Positions 1 to 14,172 of a DNA stretch of 64,000 nt are shown piece after piece. Below the pieces are notes generated by a model that was not told the DNA's origin, searched no databases, and saw only the letters and a program-made list of their open reading frames with translations. Position numbers and translations under genes: made by a program. The first letter of the stretch is position 1; each line of letters starts with the position of its first letter. This DNA is from Octopus vulgaris (lineage: Eukaryota), in assembly GCA_951406725.2 (NCBI GenBank), contig OX597832.1, positions 17,732,001 to 17,796,000 on the forward strand, given 5' to 3'.

Positions 1-53
1 TCTCTCACATTGTATTCATGTGTTAAAATATAATTAATGTTTGAAGCTAGCTT

Positions 54-250
54 AAGGCGTCGAGTTAGCAGATACGTTAGTAAGCCGGACAATATGCTTA
101 GCGTCACTTACGTTCTGAGTTCAAATTTCGCCGAGGTCGACTTTGCCTTACGTGGTCGATAAAATGGGCACCAGCAGAATACTGGGGCCGATGTAATCGA
201 CTTAACACCTATCCCGGAGTTGCTGATGTCGAATCAAAATTTGAAGCTAA
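54..250 (+). mobile_element. tRNA-derived SINE, family A (degenerate copy)
   Basis: Shares acgttctgagttcaaatt-cgccgaggtcgactttgcc...ggtcgataaa...accag...actgggg-cgatgtaatcgactt with more than 15 other copies in the window; B-box-like GTTCAAAT. Confidence 0.75.
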
Positions 251-311
251 TACTTTAAGGTAGTTTAAAAGCAACAGTGAATATTTACAGAATGTTTGTT
301 ACACTAAACTT

Positions 312-605
312 AGTTAGTTCGTTCCTTCTGGCTCATAAAGGCTGGTTTCCCGGTTTCTTTAGCGTATAGGTCGTTCCCCACCTGGAAGGGCCGCCGGTCC
401 GTCGCAGGTGAGCTGCAAGATGCAGGAGGAAAGAGTGAAAGTTGTGGCGAAAGAGTCAGCAGAAGTTCGCCATTAGCTTCTGCCGGAGGCACGTAGAGCT
501 TAGGTGTTTCGCTCATAAACACACACATCACCCGGACTGAAATTCGGACCCGCGATCGCTCAACTGTGAGTCCGCTGCTCTAACCACTAGGCCATGTGCC
601 TTCAC
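312..605 (-). mobile_element. tRNA-derived SINE, family C head/body with V-domain-like tail
   Basis: Minus strand has A box tggcctagtggttag and the body shared with 44064-44454. The tail ctgcgacggaccggcggcccttccaggtgggg...gaaaccgggaaac is shared with 54448-54707. 11-bp TSD acactaaactt at 301-311 and 606-616. Confidence 0.85.
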
Positions 606-1014
606 ACACTAAACTTCGAGTAGTGCCAAAATTATTGCAATTATTACGTTCACTGGGCATCAGGTTTCGACTTTCTTTTGCAATATCAATATATATAACC
701 CACTCACTTCGATGTTAATGGTAACTTACGCAATTTCCTAGCGATTACTTAAGCTAGCGTTTTCTTGTATTCTTTCTTTAGGGAGTACAACATCTTTATT
801 TGAATCCTTATAACATATCTCTCAAGAAATTTCTAGGTTGACACCTGGTGCTTTCCATACGCTAAAGAAGATGAAATATAAGTATATACTTAGAGGTGTA
901 GGTATTCATTCAGAGGAGTAGGCCTATCATATGTTAAACTGCAATTTCTACTGCATTATTATTGACTTGAAGGTACGCAGAGACGTTTTATGGTAAACAA
1001 TGAAATAACTGAGT

Positions 1015-1247
1015 CGTATATACACACAGGCACACATACATACGAACACACGCACACACAATCAAATGTGTGTATGCGTGTATATGTGCGTGTTTGTCTT
1101 TGGGTGTATGTGTGTGTGTGTGTGTGTAAATACATACAGCCATATATTCATATATTTATACAAATATGTATGCAGGAGAAAGTCATATACGCTTCTAATT
1201 ATGCCTATATAGGTGTATGTATGAATATGTGTGTATGTATATATACA

Positions 1248-1280
<33 letters not shown>

Positions 1281-1357
1281 GTATAAATATATATATATAT
1301 ATACATATACACACACTTATGTATATACTTGTGTTTATGCATATATACACACTCACA

Positions 1358-1398
<41 letters not shown>

Positions 1399-1418
1399 GT
1401 ATATATATATATTTATAC

Positions 1419-1474
<56 letters not shown>

Positions 1475-2100
1475 TTGTGTTTATGTGTATAGTAGATGAA
1501 AGAAGGGCAAGTTTGCAAGCTATGTATACACATACAGGCAAGCACGTGGATACACGTACACTAGCTTAGACCTATCAATGTTTGCTTGTATGCTTGTCCT
1601 GTATGTAGGTTTGTGTGTCTTTTGGCGTGAGTACCATAACGTAAAAGTGAGAGAGCAATATTACACACACTCGTATACGTACACACAAACACTATGTAAA
1701 ACACGCACACACACACATATATATATATATATAACCCTGCACATACATACACACCCATATATATATATATATATAATATATATATATATACATATATATA
1801 TATACACTTATATATACATATATATATATATATATGTATATATATATGCTCATATATACATAACACCACATACACACGTAAAAGTGAGAGTGATGTTACA
1901 CAAACTCATATAAGTACACACAAACACTATATAAGACACACACACATACATATAACATTGCATATACATACACACTCATATATATAATACATATATGTAT
2001 ACTGATATATATATATACTTATATAAGAATATATATACATATACACTTATATATATACTTTATATATATATATATATATATATACTCATACATATATACA

Positions 2101-2164
<64 letters not shown>

Positions 2165-2185
2165 ACACCAGACACACACACTTAT
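1015..2185. repeat. (TA)n/(CA)n microsatellite field containing a ~237-bp direct duplication
   Basis: cgtaaaagtgagag...ttacaca-actc-tata-gtacacacaaacactat occurs at ~1640 and ~1877, embedded in dinucleotide tracts. Confidence 0.85.
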
Positions 2186-2709
2186 ATAAATAATCGTACC
2201 ATACCTAAAATAGTCCGATGATGATGCAGATAGACAGAGAGATATCGATTTATTTCTTTATCATAAGTGTATATCAATCTTTTCCTTTAGAATGATTGTA
2301 CCGTCGGGACTTATATATTGTGATATTGTCAAGACATATCTACATCATTTTATTTGTTTTTCATATACATACATAATATTGCCTATATACATCTTGGAAA
2401 ATATATCCCTAGAGTGATGGTTACATTCTAGAAAGTTTGTTTCTCTCAAATACTTTTTAAAGTCTCTCTGGCAGAAATTTATAAAATTTCCGAAAATAAC
2501 GAAGGTAAGTCTGTAAAAATACAAAAAAAAACAAAAAATTACAAGCGTTATTTAATTTTTGAATTTGTGTTAATTATAATTTATTTAAGGGTTTTGAGTG
2601 AGATGATGGTGAGGAAGGGATGTTATTTATATCGAATCATTGCGTCATGTATTGCACTCTCGAGAAGCTAAACGGATATTATGGTCTTCGTGGCTTGATA
2701 TTTCATAAG

Positions 2710-3304
2710 GGAAAGACAACGAGCTGGCAGAAACGTTAGCACGCCAGGCGAAATGCTTAGCGGTATTTCGTCTGCCGTTACGTTCTGAGTTCAAATTCCA
2801 CCGAGGTCGACTTCGCTTTTCATCCATTCGGGGTCGATTAAATAAGTACCAGTTACGCACTGGGGTCAATAAAATCGACTTAATCCGTTTTTCTGTTCTT
2901 GTTTGTCATCTTTGTGTTTAGGCCCGTGTGGGTAGTAAAGAAATAGGTATTTCATCTGTCTTTACGTTCTGAGTTCAAATTCCACAGCAGTCGACATTGC
3001 CTTTTAGCTTTTGGCGTCGATACATTAAGTACCAGTTGCATACTGGAGCCGATCTAATCGACTGGGCCCCTCCCCCAAAATTTCGGACCTTGTACCTAGA
3101 GTAGAAAAATCGTTAGCGCTTCAGGCATAAAATTTAGCGGCATTTCGTCAGCCTTTACATTCTGAGTTCAAATTCTTCCAAGGCCGACTTCGCTTTTTAT
3201 CCTTCCGAGATCGATAAAGCAAGAACCAGTTGAACATTGGGGTCCATGTAATCGACTTATTCCCTTACCCAAACTTACTGGCATTGAGCTAAAATTTAAA
3301 ACTA
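2710..3304 (+). mobile_element. Family A SINE trimer (three head-to-tail units with different tails)
   Basis: Three ttctgagttcaaatt cores at ~2783, ~2967 and ~3161; 12-bp direct repeat atatttcataag at 2698-2709 and 3305-3316 flanks the whole block. Confidence 0.85.
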
Positions 3305-3344
3305 ATATTTCATAAGTCAGACTTATGAAATATTAGTTTTAAAT

Positions 3345-3862
3345 TGTTTCATTCATCAGACTACGATCTTAGTCGAATGAATCCACCCCAGTACTTATTT
3401 TTATTTTATGCCTGATACTAAATCTATCAATGAATTATTACGTACCGCCAAGTTACAGGGACGTAAACACACCAACACCAGTTGTTCAGAGGTTATGGGG
3501 TCCAAAGAGACACAAGCACAAACAGACACACAGTTTCTCAATTCTTTATTGCCCACAAGTGGCTAAACGAAATACCTATTTCTTTACTACCCACAAGGGG
3601 CTAAACACAGAGAAGACAAACAAAGACAGACAAACGGATTAAGTCGATTACATCGACACTGGTGCGTAACTGGTACTCATTTAATCAACCCCCAGAGGAT
3701 GAAAGGTAAAGTCGACCTAGGCGGAATTTGAACTCAGAACATAACGGCAGACGAAACACCGCCAAGCATATCGGCCGGCGTGCTAACGGTTCTACCAGCT
3801 CGCCGCCTTACACAGAGTTTCCCTCTACTAAATCCACTCACAAAACTTTGGTCGCCCCGAGG
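3345..3862 (-). mobile_element. Family B SINE interrupted by a family A SINE (3540-3810)
   Basis: Family B tail/body at 3345-3535 (gggacgtaaacacaccaacacc) resumes at 3811-3862 (tttccctctactaaatccactcacaa). The family A copy with the dimer junction acgaaatacctatttctttac lies between. Confidence 0.75.
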
Positions 3863-4140
3863 CACATGCGCCTCGATCTCACTGGAAATTTTCTAGTTTT
3901 GCCAATGCATCGAATCCAAATGTCCAGAAACAACTGAAGTGATTGCCGGAAAGACATTTACCACTTATCAGCCGATCCTGGAACACTATCAGTAAGATCT
4001 GATAAACAAGGGTGTTTGTCTAATATTGTTGTCAGTTCGCTATTTACGAACCTGTGTGATTCTCTTGCTTTTCCCGTGAGACTATATTTGTATTTTTAAA
4101 TATTTGTTGTGCAAGATTTTTTATGTGAAGTCGTGTGTTG

Positions 4141-4289
4141 AAACAGATATTGTTATATTTCGGAATGGTCATATTGCCAGTTTAGCCAATAAATATCACT
4201 GAAGCAAAATAACACCAAATATATAGTGCGTGTGTTTTTATTGGCTAAACTGATAATATGACCATTCCGAAATATAACAATATATTTGT
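4141..4289. repeat. Inverted repeat, ~52-bp arms, ~45-bp spacer (possible MITE remnant)
   Basis: atattgttatatttcggaatggtcatattgccagtttagccaataaa (to 4193) vs tttattggctaaactgataatatgaccattccgaaatataacaatat (from ~4237). Confidence 0.85.
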
Positions 4290-4570
4290 ATTGGTTGTTT
4301 TTTATGCAATAATGTTTTGATTCTGTTTGTCAACGTATTTTTATAACGTGTTTCAAAATTTAACTTTCTATCAATATGTTTTTTTTTATATAGGTAGGAA
4401 AACTACATCAAAAACATAGATACGCACGTGCATAGATACACATACAAACAAACACACACACGATCACACACACACATACACACACACATACATACTCATT
4501 TAGATATGTTTGTATTTCAAATTTATAGAAAAAGTGTATGTATGCAAAAAATAGGTATTTATGAATCTAT

Positions 4571-4681
<111 letters not shown>

Positions 4682-5067
4682 CATGCACACACGCACCTAG
4701 AGATAAAGATATGGATACATAGATATATAGATAGATAGACAGACAGATTGATAGATAGACAGATAGATAGTTTTGCATATATATATGTGTGTTGTAATGC
4801 TGTATATATAGCATTCCATAAATTATTAAGGCATACATGATACAGAAAGCCTTAAATGCGAATATGTACGGCATTAGATTTTTTTTTTAAGCGGAGAAAA
4901 CTTTTTACGATATTATTTATGCAAAACTATTCAGATAAAATATTTTTCTACCAACATATTTGAATATTTATCGATTGAACTGCCTAGCTGTCTAGCCGTA
5001 TACACATCCCCCTTTCTCTCCAAATTTCTCTCACACTTTTCCTTTCTGTGTTTGCCTAGCTGCCTGC

Positions 5068-5159
<92 letters not shown>

Positions 5160-5268
5160 TTGTCTGTCTGTATGTCTGTCTATCTGCCTTCCTGCCTGTG
5201 TATCTATCTATCTATATAACCATCTATCTAGCTAGCTAGCTAGCAATCCATCTCTCTCTCTCTGTTTA

Positions 5269-5313
<45 letters not shown>

Positions 5314-5414
5314 ATCTATCTATCTATCTATATATATATATATATATATTTCTCTGTCTGTCTATCTGCCTGCATTCTTGTCTATGTATCAATCTGTCAG
5401 GCTGTCTGCTTTCA

Positions 5415-5506
<92 letters not shown>
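5068..5506. repeat. (TATC)n/(TC)n tetranucleotide microsatellite cluster
   Basis: Long tctatctatcta arrays seen directly. Confidence 0.95.
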
Positions 5507-6169
5507 AAGCATTTCTCTTTCTTTTTCTTTCTGTAGCTCTATATGACCGTAGTTGTGCGCACGTGTGTGTATATGTGTTTGTGTGTGCGTTTGAATGATG
5601 TCTGTGTATTTATGCTAGTCTTACATTGAGGTTCTTTTAAAGTGAAAACTAAAGGTGAAAAGGGGGGAAAAAATCTTCAAATATCTAAAAAGGTTTCATG
5701 CGACAGGGTAATGTTGGGAATATCAACTTAAAAAAAAAAAGACATCAGTCTGCATTTTCCCAATTTTTTTATGTCACGCTAACTGAGAACTGTGGAATAA
5801 TTGAAATGAAGAGAAACTCAATGAAGATGACTATGATAATGATGATAGTAATGATGATGATTAATATGATCATGATGATCAGGAGGGGGAGGTGAAGAAT
5901 GACGGTGGGGACTACGGTAATGATAATGAAGATAATGTTAATGACGATGACGATGATGATGATGGTTTCAAAGAAGTGAGAGAAGAGGATGCCGATGATC
6001 ATGAGAACCAATTTAGAACTGAAAATTGCATGCCAGTGATGGTGACAAAGACACAACGGGGGTGGTACGAATAATCTAAAATTTTCGGTATTTGTGGTTT
6101 GTTATAATTCCTTTTAATTCATAAATCTAATTAAGAAAAAAAGTAAAGCAAATTAAGAAGAAAATATAT

Positions 6170-6300
6170 CTTTTCTCCTACAGGCACAAGGCCTGAAACT
6201 TTGAGGGGAAGGGGTCTATATCGATTACATTTACATCGACCGCAGTGCGTAACTGGTACTTATTTGATCGACCCTGAAATAAATATAGGCATAGTCGACA
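6170..6300 (-). mobile_element. Family A SINE 3' fragment
   Basis: ggcacaaggcctgaaact...cagtgcgtaactggtacttatttgatcgaccc...agtcgac, the reverse complement of the family A core and tail. Confidence 0.7.
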
Positions 6301-6457
6301 CTTATAATTTTATTATGTTTTCTTAATTATTCTCTAAAACAATATTTTGTGTAAAACCAAATATATGACACCCAAGGCATAACACCAACATGAAATTGTA
6401 ACTTCTTGTCTCTTGAGGTATTTGGGCCTCCGTAAAAAAGAAAAGTCAGACATATAC

Positions 6458-6720
<263 letters not shown>

Positions 6721-7138
6721 ACGGGTTGTTTGACTTTAACCAGTTGAGCATATCCGTTAGTGGCTGACGATATGGGTATTTCTGATCACGAGCAGGAGCA
6801 TTGGAGGAGCATCATAGCTATGTGTCCAGAGGAATTCTTTGGAGTATAATTAACTTCTGGAAACTTGGGTATTTCATTCATTATCCATAAACAAGACTAA
6901 TTCAGGGACCTTTTCAGTGAGATGAACTGTTCAAGCTGAAGAAAATTGTAACTCTGAACCCCCATCTGTAAAGGTCATGTGCTGTTTATCTTGATATGAG
7001 ATCACCATGTCACGCACATATGGCTATGATGCATGTGCTTGGTGTACCCTTATCAGACGGGTAGTCATGATGGGTATACTGGGCTTCGTATATTTTACCC
7101 CAGTGTCACTTTGATGCCATGCACTGCTCTCTAACTCA
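6721..7138 (+). mobile_element. Unclassified interspersed element embedded between (TAA)n arrays
   Basis: High-complexity ~420-bp block ending ...gcactgctctctaactcaat directly into (AAT)n. It resembles an octopus repeat I recall, but is single-copy in this window. Confidence 0.45.
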
Positions 7139-8270
<1,132 letters not shown>

Positions 8271-8867
8271 AGCAATAATGACACTTCTGTTGTTGTTAAT
8301 AACACTACTACTCGAGTGGTGCTTGAGGTTCTTTAAGCAAATTTTACTACCGTCGTCTTTACCTTGATCAACCAACTAATGAACATTTCTCACCTGCAGA
8401 GTTGCGAAATACTGCAATGACGCAAGCGGTAACTTCTGATTGCTCATTGCACGCTATCGCTCTTTTGCATCATCTAGACGCACATATCACATAAACGTTG
8501 ATGTGTGTGGTCGTGTGTGTTTGTGTGAGATAGTGCCTGCGTTCATGAGTGAGTGTGTGTATGTAAAAATCTGTGAGTGCATATATTTGGTTTGTACATG
8601 GTTTAATATGTTTTTGTATTTATTTGGTTATCTTAGTCACGTCACCTTGATTTAGTATCAAACGATTATAGATGTACGTGTGAGACTGTATATGCTTCTG
8701 AGTGTGTGTGAGTAAATGTCCGTTATTGTCTGCATTTGTGCGTGTGATTGTGTGTATATATATATATATATATACACATATATATGCATGTATAAGTATG
8801 TATATATGTGAATACATGTGTCATGTATATATGTATACATATATATGTGTGGGTGTATATTTATCCA

Positions 8868-9092
8868 TGAATCTGTCCCTCTCGCGTCTGACCACTGTCC
8901 GAAGTCAGGATGCCATGATAGATCGTTAGCTTTTTTTCTCTCCTTGTTTTTTTCTGTATATCTTTCTGTCGAAGAGCGTAGGCTCGAAACGTAAAACACT
9001 TTTCTATTTCTATTTCTGAGCGCCATACTAATACATTTGTTTGTTTGTACTTCAACTGCCTTCGTCTTTTGTTTATTTTCGTAAATTTTCCC
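8868..9092 (+). mobile_element. Penelope-like element terminal (pLTR-type) remnant in a TA-rich site
   Basis: Contains a minimal hammerhead motif (8966-8993) and ends in ttttcgtaaattttccc followed by (TA)/(ATGT) repeats. Hammerheads of this minimal type are established in Penelope-like elements. Confidence 0.55.
8961..8998 (+). ncRNA. Minimal type I hammerhead ribozyme-like motif (variant core CUGUCGA)
   Basis: tcttt-CTGTCGA-a-GAGC gtag GCTC-GAAAC-GTA-aaa: perfect 4-bp stem II, GAAA box, GUA cleavage triplet, short stem I ttt/aaa. Confidence 0.55.
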
Positions 9093-9168
9093 ATGTATAT
9101 GTATATGTATGTATGTATGTATGTATATATCTATCTATCTATCTATCTCTCTCTCTCTCTCTCTCTCT

Positions 9169-9236
<68 letters not shown>

Positions 9237-9565
9237 CACGTATGTATGCATGTTTGCATGGATGCATGTTTGGGTTGTAATTCATCTGCACGTCTCAGTA
9301 CGGATGCATGTGTAATAATTGACGACATGGAATCAGGTAAAAGAACAAGTGAAAAAATAATTCAATTTGCCACCCAATGATATTTGTTATTCATTGGAGG
9401 TTTCTTTTGGGGACATCTTTCATAGTCTGTGCATAAATGCAGAATAAAAGAGAAAATTCATAAAATATATGAAAGCATTTTTCTTAAAGCAATGCAGATA
9501 TCGCTTTTCGGTTTCCCTGTTGTTGATGTTGTTGCTGTTATTACTATTTTCATCATCATCATCAT

Positions 9566-9787
<222 letters not shown>

Positions 9788-9855
9788 AGTTGACGAGCTG
9801 GCATAATCGTTAACACGCTGGAAGAAATGCTGAGGCATTTCGTCTCTCCTCACGT

Positions 9856-10400
9856 TCTTAGCACTTGCTGTTGGGCAGCAGATATTAGAGCCTCCGTTTC
9901 CAGTTTGAAATCACTTTTAGTCATCCATAGCCATATATGTCATACTCCTGAATGGTAAATATTCAACCACCAATGTTTTATAACCAGTTCATATAAACGA
10001 TATTTTTTTCCTTTACTCTGTATTCACCAGTCCCTATTCTGTATTTCTCTTCAACCTTTAGCACCATTCCAATTGGTGGTTTCTCTGAAATGCAAACCTC
10101 AATGAATCAGAACTTCATTATATTATTTTATCAAGCATACAAGTCGTACTTGTTTTTAACTAATGAAATTTTAAAATGCTTAATTTGTTGTTTTTGCATA
10201 AGGTTACGCCAGTCAAATTTGTATACTCTTGGTACATATTATCTACATGTACGTGAAGAGAGTTGTTCTTCTGGTATCGAGATTTTACGGCACATAGATG
10301 GCAACTCTAATAAGTTTCATAGTTTCGTTAGCTATACGAACTGAAAATTCTTCGATTAAAACCCACTCATCTATATCAACTCCTCCAGCTCTGTCTTCCT
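9856..10400 (-). mobile_element. Decayed R4/Dong-clade non-LTR retrotransposon fragment (post-RT region)
   Basis: Minus strand reads IWLWMTKSDFKLETEALISAAQQQVLRT (~9937-9856), matching the R4/Dong WL..GDLK.ETE..I.AAQEQ.L.T motif. Upstream a frameshifted VD..YVPR-like motif lies near 10230-10250. Confidence 0.6.
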
Positions 10401-11129
10401 CAGGAATAGTAGATAACACGAAGGAGAATAAATAATTGTCTTGACTAGCGCATTGATGTCTTGTCTGTAATTTCCGATGTCTTAAGAGACTGTTAGAAGA
10501 GTTTCAATGGTACCAAAGACACAATCAGATACTGGTATCTCATTTTCTTCTCATATCTCTTAATTTCGATTCTATCATTTATGAGACAAATACAAAAAAT
10601 ACAGTATATATTACAGCGGCGTTGTTATGAATCATTGGTGTTGTAATTCTGGTCGTTGTTGTTGTTCTTGTTATTATTTTCGTTGTTGTTGTTGTTATAA
10701 CTGTCGCTGCTTGCTTCCCTAATCAGCTGTGATCAAGCAGACATCTAATGAAAAGAGTATTCAAAATGTGGCCATCCTCTCGTCATTGTGTTTCCATTTT
10801 TGTTTTACCAACCCAATATAATTAGGACTACACTGTCTAATGTGCACTTAGCTGTCTTTTGAAACACCGTAACATCATATCTGATTAAGGTTTGGCTGCC
10901 GGTTTTAGAACTTCGGGCTCCAAGCAGTGGCCCCTCCGTTGGCTGCGAATCACTGAGGCAAAGGATGATGTTAGAATGAACACAATCGATAATATATCAC
11001 AGAAATCATAAATTTGAGATCTCTTATCGCAGTCTATGCTTCCAAGGTTCCCCGGAATAGTGACTGTTCTGCAGATGCAATTCAAAAGTCCTTATTTACT
11101 GCAGATTATCTGTTATCTTTTAATCGTTT

Positions 11130-11445
11130 CAGCCATCAGAATTTTTGGTCGAATGAATCGATCCCAGTACTACTTTATCAACACTGTTACTTATTCTGTC
11201 GGTTTTTTTTGCCGAGCTGCTAATTTAAGGGGTTGCAAACACACCAACACTGATTATCAAGCTGTGGCATGGTGACAAGCACAGACACAAAGACACACAC
11301 ATAGACACACACACACACATATGACGGGATTCTTTCAGTTTCCCTCTACCAAATCCACTCACAAGGCTTCAGTCGCCCCAAGGCTCTAGTAGAAGACGCA
11401 TGTCTAAGGTCCCAAGCTTGTTACTATAAAGCCACCACAGCGCCT
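11130..11445 (-). mobile_element. Family B (CORE-like) SINE
   Basis: tctttcagtttccctctaccaaatccactcacaaggct...agtagaagac and the aaacacaccaacac body are shared with 41691-42115. Confidence 0.75.
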
Positions 11446-11977
11446 AGATTAAGTAAAGCATCTCACAAATTTTCTTTAGGAATACAGTTCTGTCTCTTTA
11501 AGAGTAGAAGTGCGTGAATCGATAAAGGAAACTACAAAACGCTTCGGTTTTCACTCTGGCGTGAAGATCCACCATCATCAATTTTGACTTCGGGGTTTCC
11601 TTCTGTATTTCAACATATTTTTCTGATACTTTGTACTTTCCCGTGAAACGTTGCCCATCGCTCTTTCACTATCTGCTTTCATAAAATCATGATTTGGTTG
11701 TCGGAAAATCCGTATTTCATAATTTTGAACAGAAGTTTAAATATTGTGAATCTTTAAAATTGGACACAATAGTGTAACACACAAATTAAACACGGTAATC
11801 AAGATTCTCATTTGCTCTCTTTAAAATTTCTTTAAAATATATAATTGTAAACCTACAAAAATACACATATATATGTATTCGCACACACATACACACACAC
11901 ACACACATATATATGCATATATATGTATACATATATATATATATGTATATATGTTTGTATGTATGTGTGTGTACATA

Positions 11978-12023
<46 letters not shown>

Positions 12024-12168
12024 TATTTATCACAACGTATGCATGAACGTATGTATATATAAATTTATCACTCTGCCAACCTGTAGATACAAATATAAGC
12101 ACACGCACGCTCGCACACGCACACACACATATTTATATATTTATATATCTATTGCTACATCAGTCTCT

Positions 12169-12209
<41 letters not shown>

Positions 12210-12668
12210 TTATATACATACACACACTCACATATACATGTGCGCACACACGTATGTGTTTATTTTCATTTGAACATATAAAACATATTGAAATTTGTTG
12301 AAGCATTTTATAGCTGAAAGAATTTCGATTTTTTTACCTTGGTGTAATGGAGTTGAGCGGGCTATATCAGTTGTAGCTAGTAAGATCCAAGATAGAAAAG
12401 TCTGGGACTATAGGAAATTGCTCTTTAAGATGGTCTGGCATTTTTCAAGTGCATTCTGGATACAAACAAACTATACCATATGGAATTTTAGACTTTATTA
12501 GCTGACGATTCAAAGAATATTCAGTATTCCCTTGGACGTCTACGATGGTATATAATAAAAATTCTTCACATGTGTTTTTTAGATAGAGTTTTTGTTGTCA
12601 TTGTTGCTGGTTTTTGTATGTAACAAGAAATGTTAAGAAATTTAAAAATATGCGTATATAACTATATA

Positions 12669-12719
<51 letters not shown>

Positions 12720-12854
12720 AGCAAATATATACCGATATAAATACGTACATATATATCTAAACATATTATCTCTCTCCCTCTCTTTCCATATATATATGTA
12801 TGTATATATATGTATATATATATACATATATATATGTATATATATATACATATA

Positions 12855-12891
<37 letters not shown>

Positions 12892-12926
12892 ATATATAAA
12901 CATATATATACATTTACATATGTATA

Positions 12927-12969
<43 letters not shown>

Positions 12970-13344
12970 GTAGATACATACATAAATGGATATATACATA
13001 TGTATATATATATATAGGTACATATATATATATATATATATATATGGGCGTGTGTGCGTGTGTGCGTGAATATATATATGCATTTACATACTCGCGTTAT
13101 ATATATATATGTGTGGAATCAATTTAAATGTATGAGATTATGTGATGTAAATACGTATACATAGACATATGCAACAATAGGTGCAATCATGGCTCAGTGA
13201 ATTGTAAACTCGATTTGTATCTACGTTATATCTGGATCAATCTCTCTGCATGAAGCTTTCCACTAGTGTTATCGGTTAAAGCCCTCGAGACGGTCACTGC
13301 GTTGTGATTTCATTTGATGGACGGAAACCGTGTGGTATCCCGTT

Positions 13345-13391
<47 letters not shown>

Positions 13392-13394
<3 letters not shown>

Positions 13395-13622
13395 CTTTAT
13401 TGCCCACAAGGGGTTAAACATAGAGGGGACAAACAAGAACAAACAAAGGGATTAAGTCGATTACATCTACCCCAGTGCGTAACTGGTACTTAATTTATTG
13501 ACCCCGAAAGGATGAAAGGCAAAGTCGACCTCAGCGGAATTTGAACTCAGATCGCAGTGGTGGACAAAATACCGCAAAACATTTCGCCCGGCGTGCTAAC
13601 GTCTCTGCCAGCTCGCCGCCTT
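13392..13622 (-). mobile_element. Family A SINE, near full length
   Basis: tttctttattgcccacaagggg...gaccccgaaaggatgaaaggcaaagtcgacctc...gccagctcgccgcctt. Confidence 0.9.
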
Positions 13623-13656
13623 TATATTTATTTATTTTATTTATTTATTTATTTAT

Positions 13657-13790
13657 AGCTTGCTTACCAACCACATAGTTCAGGGTTCAGTCCCACCACG
13701 TGGCACTTTGGGCAAGTGTCTTCTACTACAGCCTCGGGTTGACCAAAGCCTTGTGAGTGAATTTGATAGATGGAAACAGAGAGAAGCACA
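13657..13790 (+). mobile_element. Family B SINE 5' part (body resumes ~14225-14330)
   Basis: agcttgcttaccaaccacatagttcagggttcagtccc...ggcactttgggcaagtgtcttctactacagcc. Confidence 0.8.
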
Positions 13791-13902
13791 TAAAGGTACA
13801 TGATAGCATTCCCAATTAGGTAAGATCAGAAGCCATGAGAGTCCCTGCATATTATTATTATTATTATTATCTTTATTGATTAGTAGTATTACTTGGTTAT
13901 AA

Positions 13903-14012
13903 AAGCAGTGAGCTGACAGAAACGTTAACACGCAGGGCGAAATACTTAGCGCTCTTTCGTCTGTCTTTACGTTCTGAGTTCAGATTCCGCCCAGGTCGCC
14001 TTCGCCTTTCAT
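13903..14012 (+). mobile_element. Family A SINE 5' fragment
   Basis: gagctgacagaaacgttaacacg...acgttctgagttcagattccgcc...gcctttcat. Confidence 0.75.
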
Positions 14013-14172
14013 TTCAGTGAGGGAAGTGAAGGAAATCAGCAAAAATATGGGTGGCTGGAAGTCTCCGGTACCAGATAGAGTTTATGGTTACTGAATCAAA
14101 ACATGTGGTGAATGTCATGCACATCTCAACACCTTCTTAAATGCCGACCAAACAACACCATTGTGGTTGACA
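14011..14172 (+). mobile_element. R4/Dong-like LINE fragment, N-terminal part of reverse transcriptase
   Basis: Translates ISVREVKEISKNMGGWKSPVPDRVYGY*IKTCGECHAHLNTFLNADQTTPLWLT, matching the WKAPGPD..GYWIK...P.WLT motif of R4-clade RTs. Confidence 0.65.

Noticed and set aside
2710-3304. CRISPR-like regularly spaced repeats
   Set aside because: These are eukaryotic SINE multimers with 170-230-bp units, no unique spacers and no cas genes.
10059-10080. tagcaccattc match to the miR-29/285 5' end
   Set aside because: No complementary star arm nearby, and it lies inside a decayed LINE fragment.
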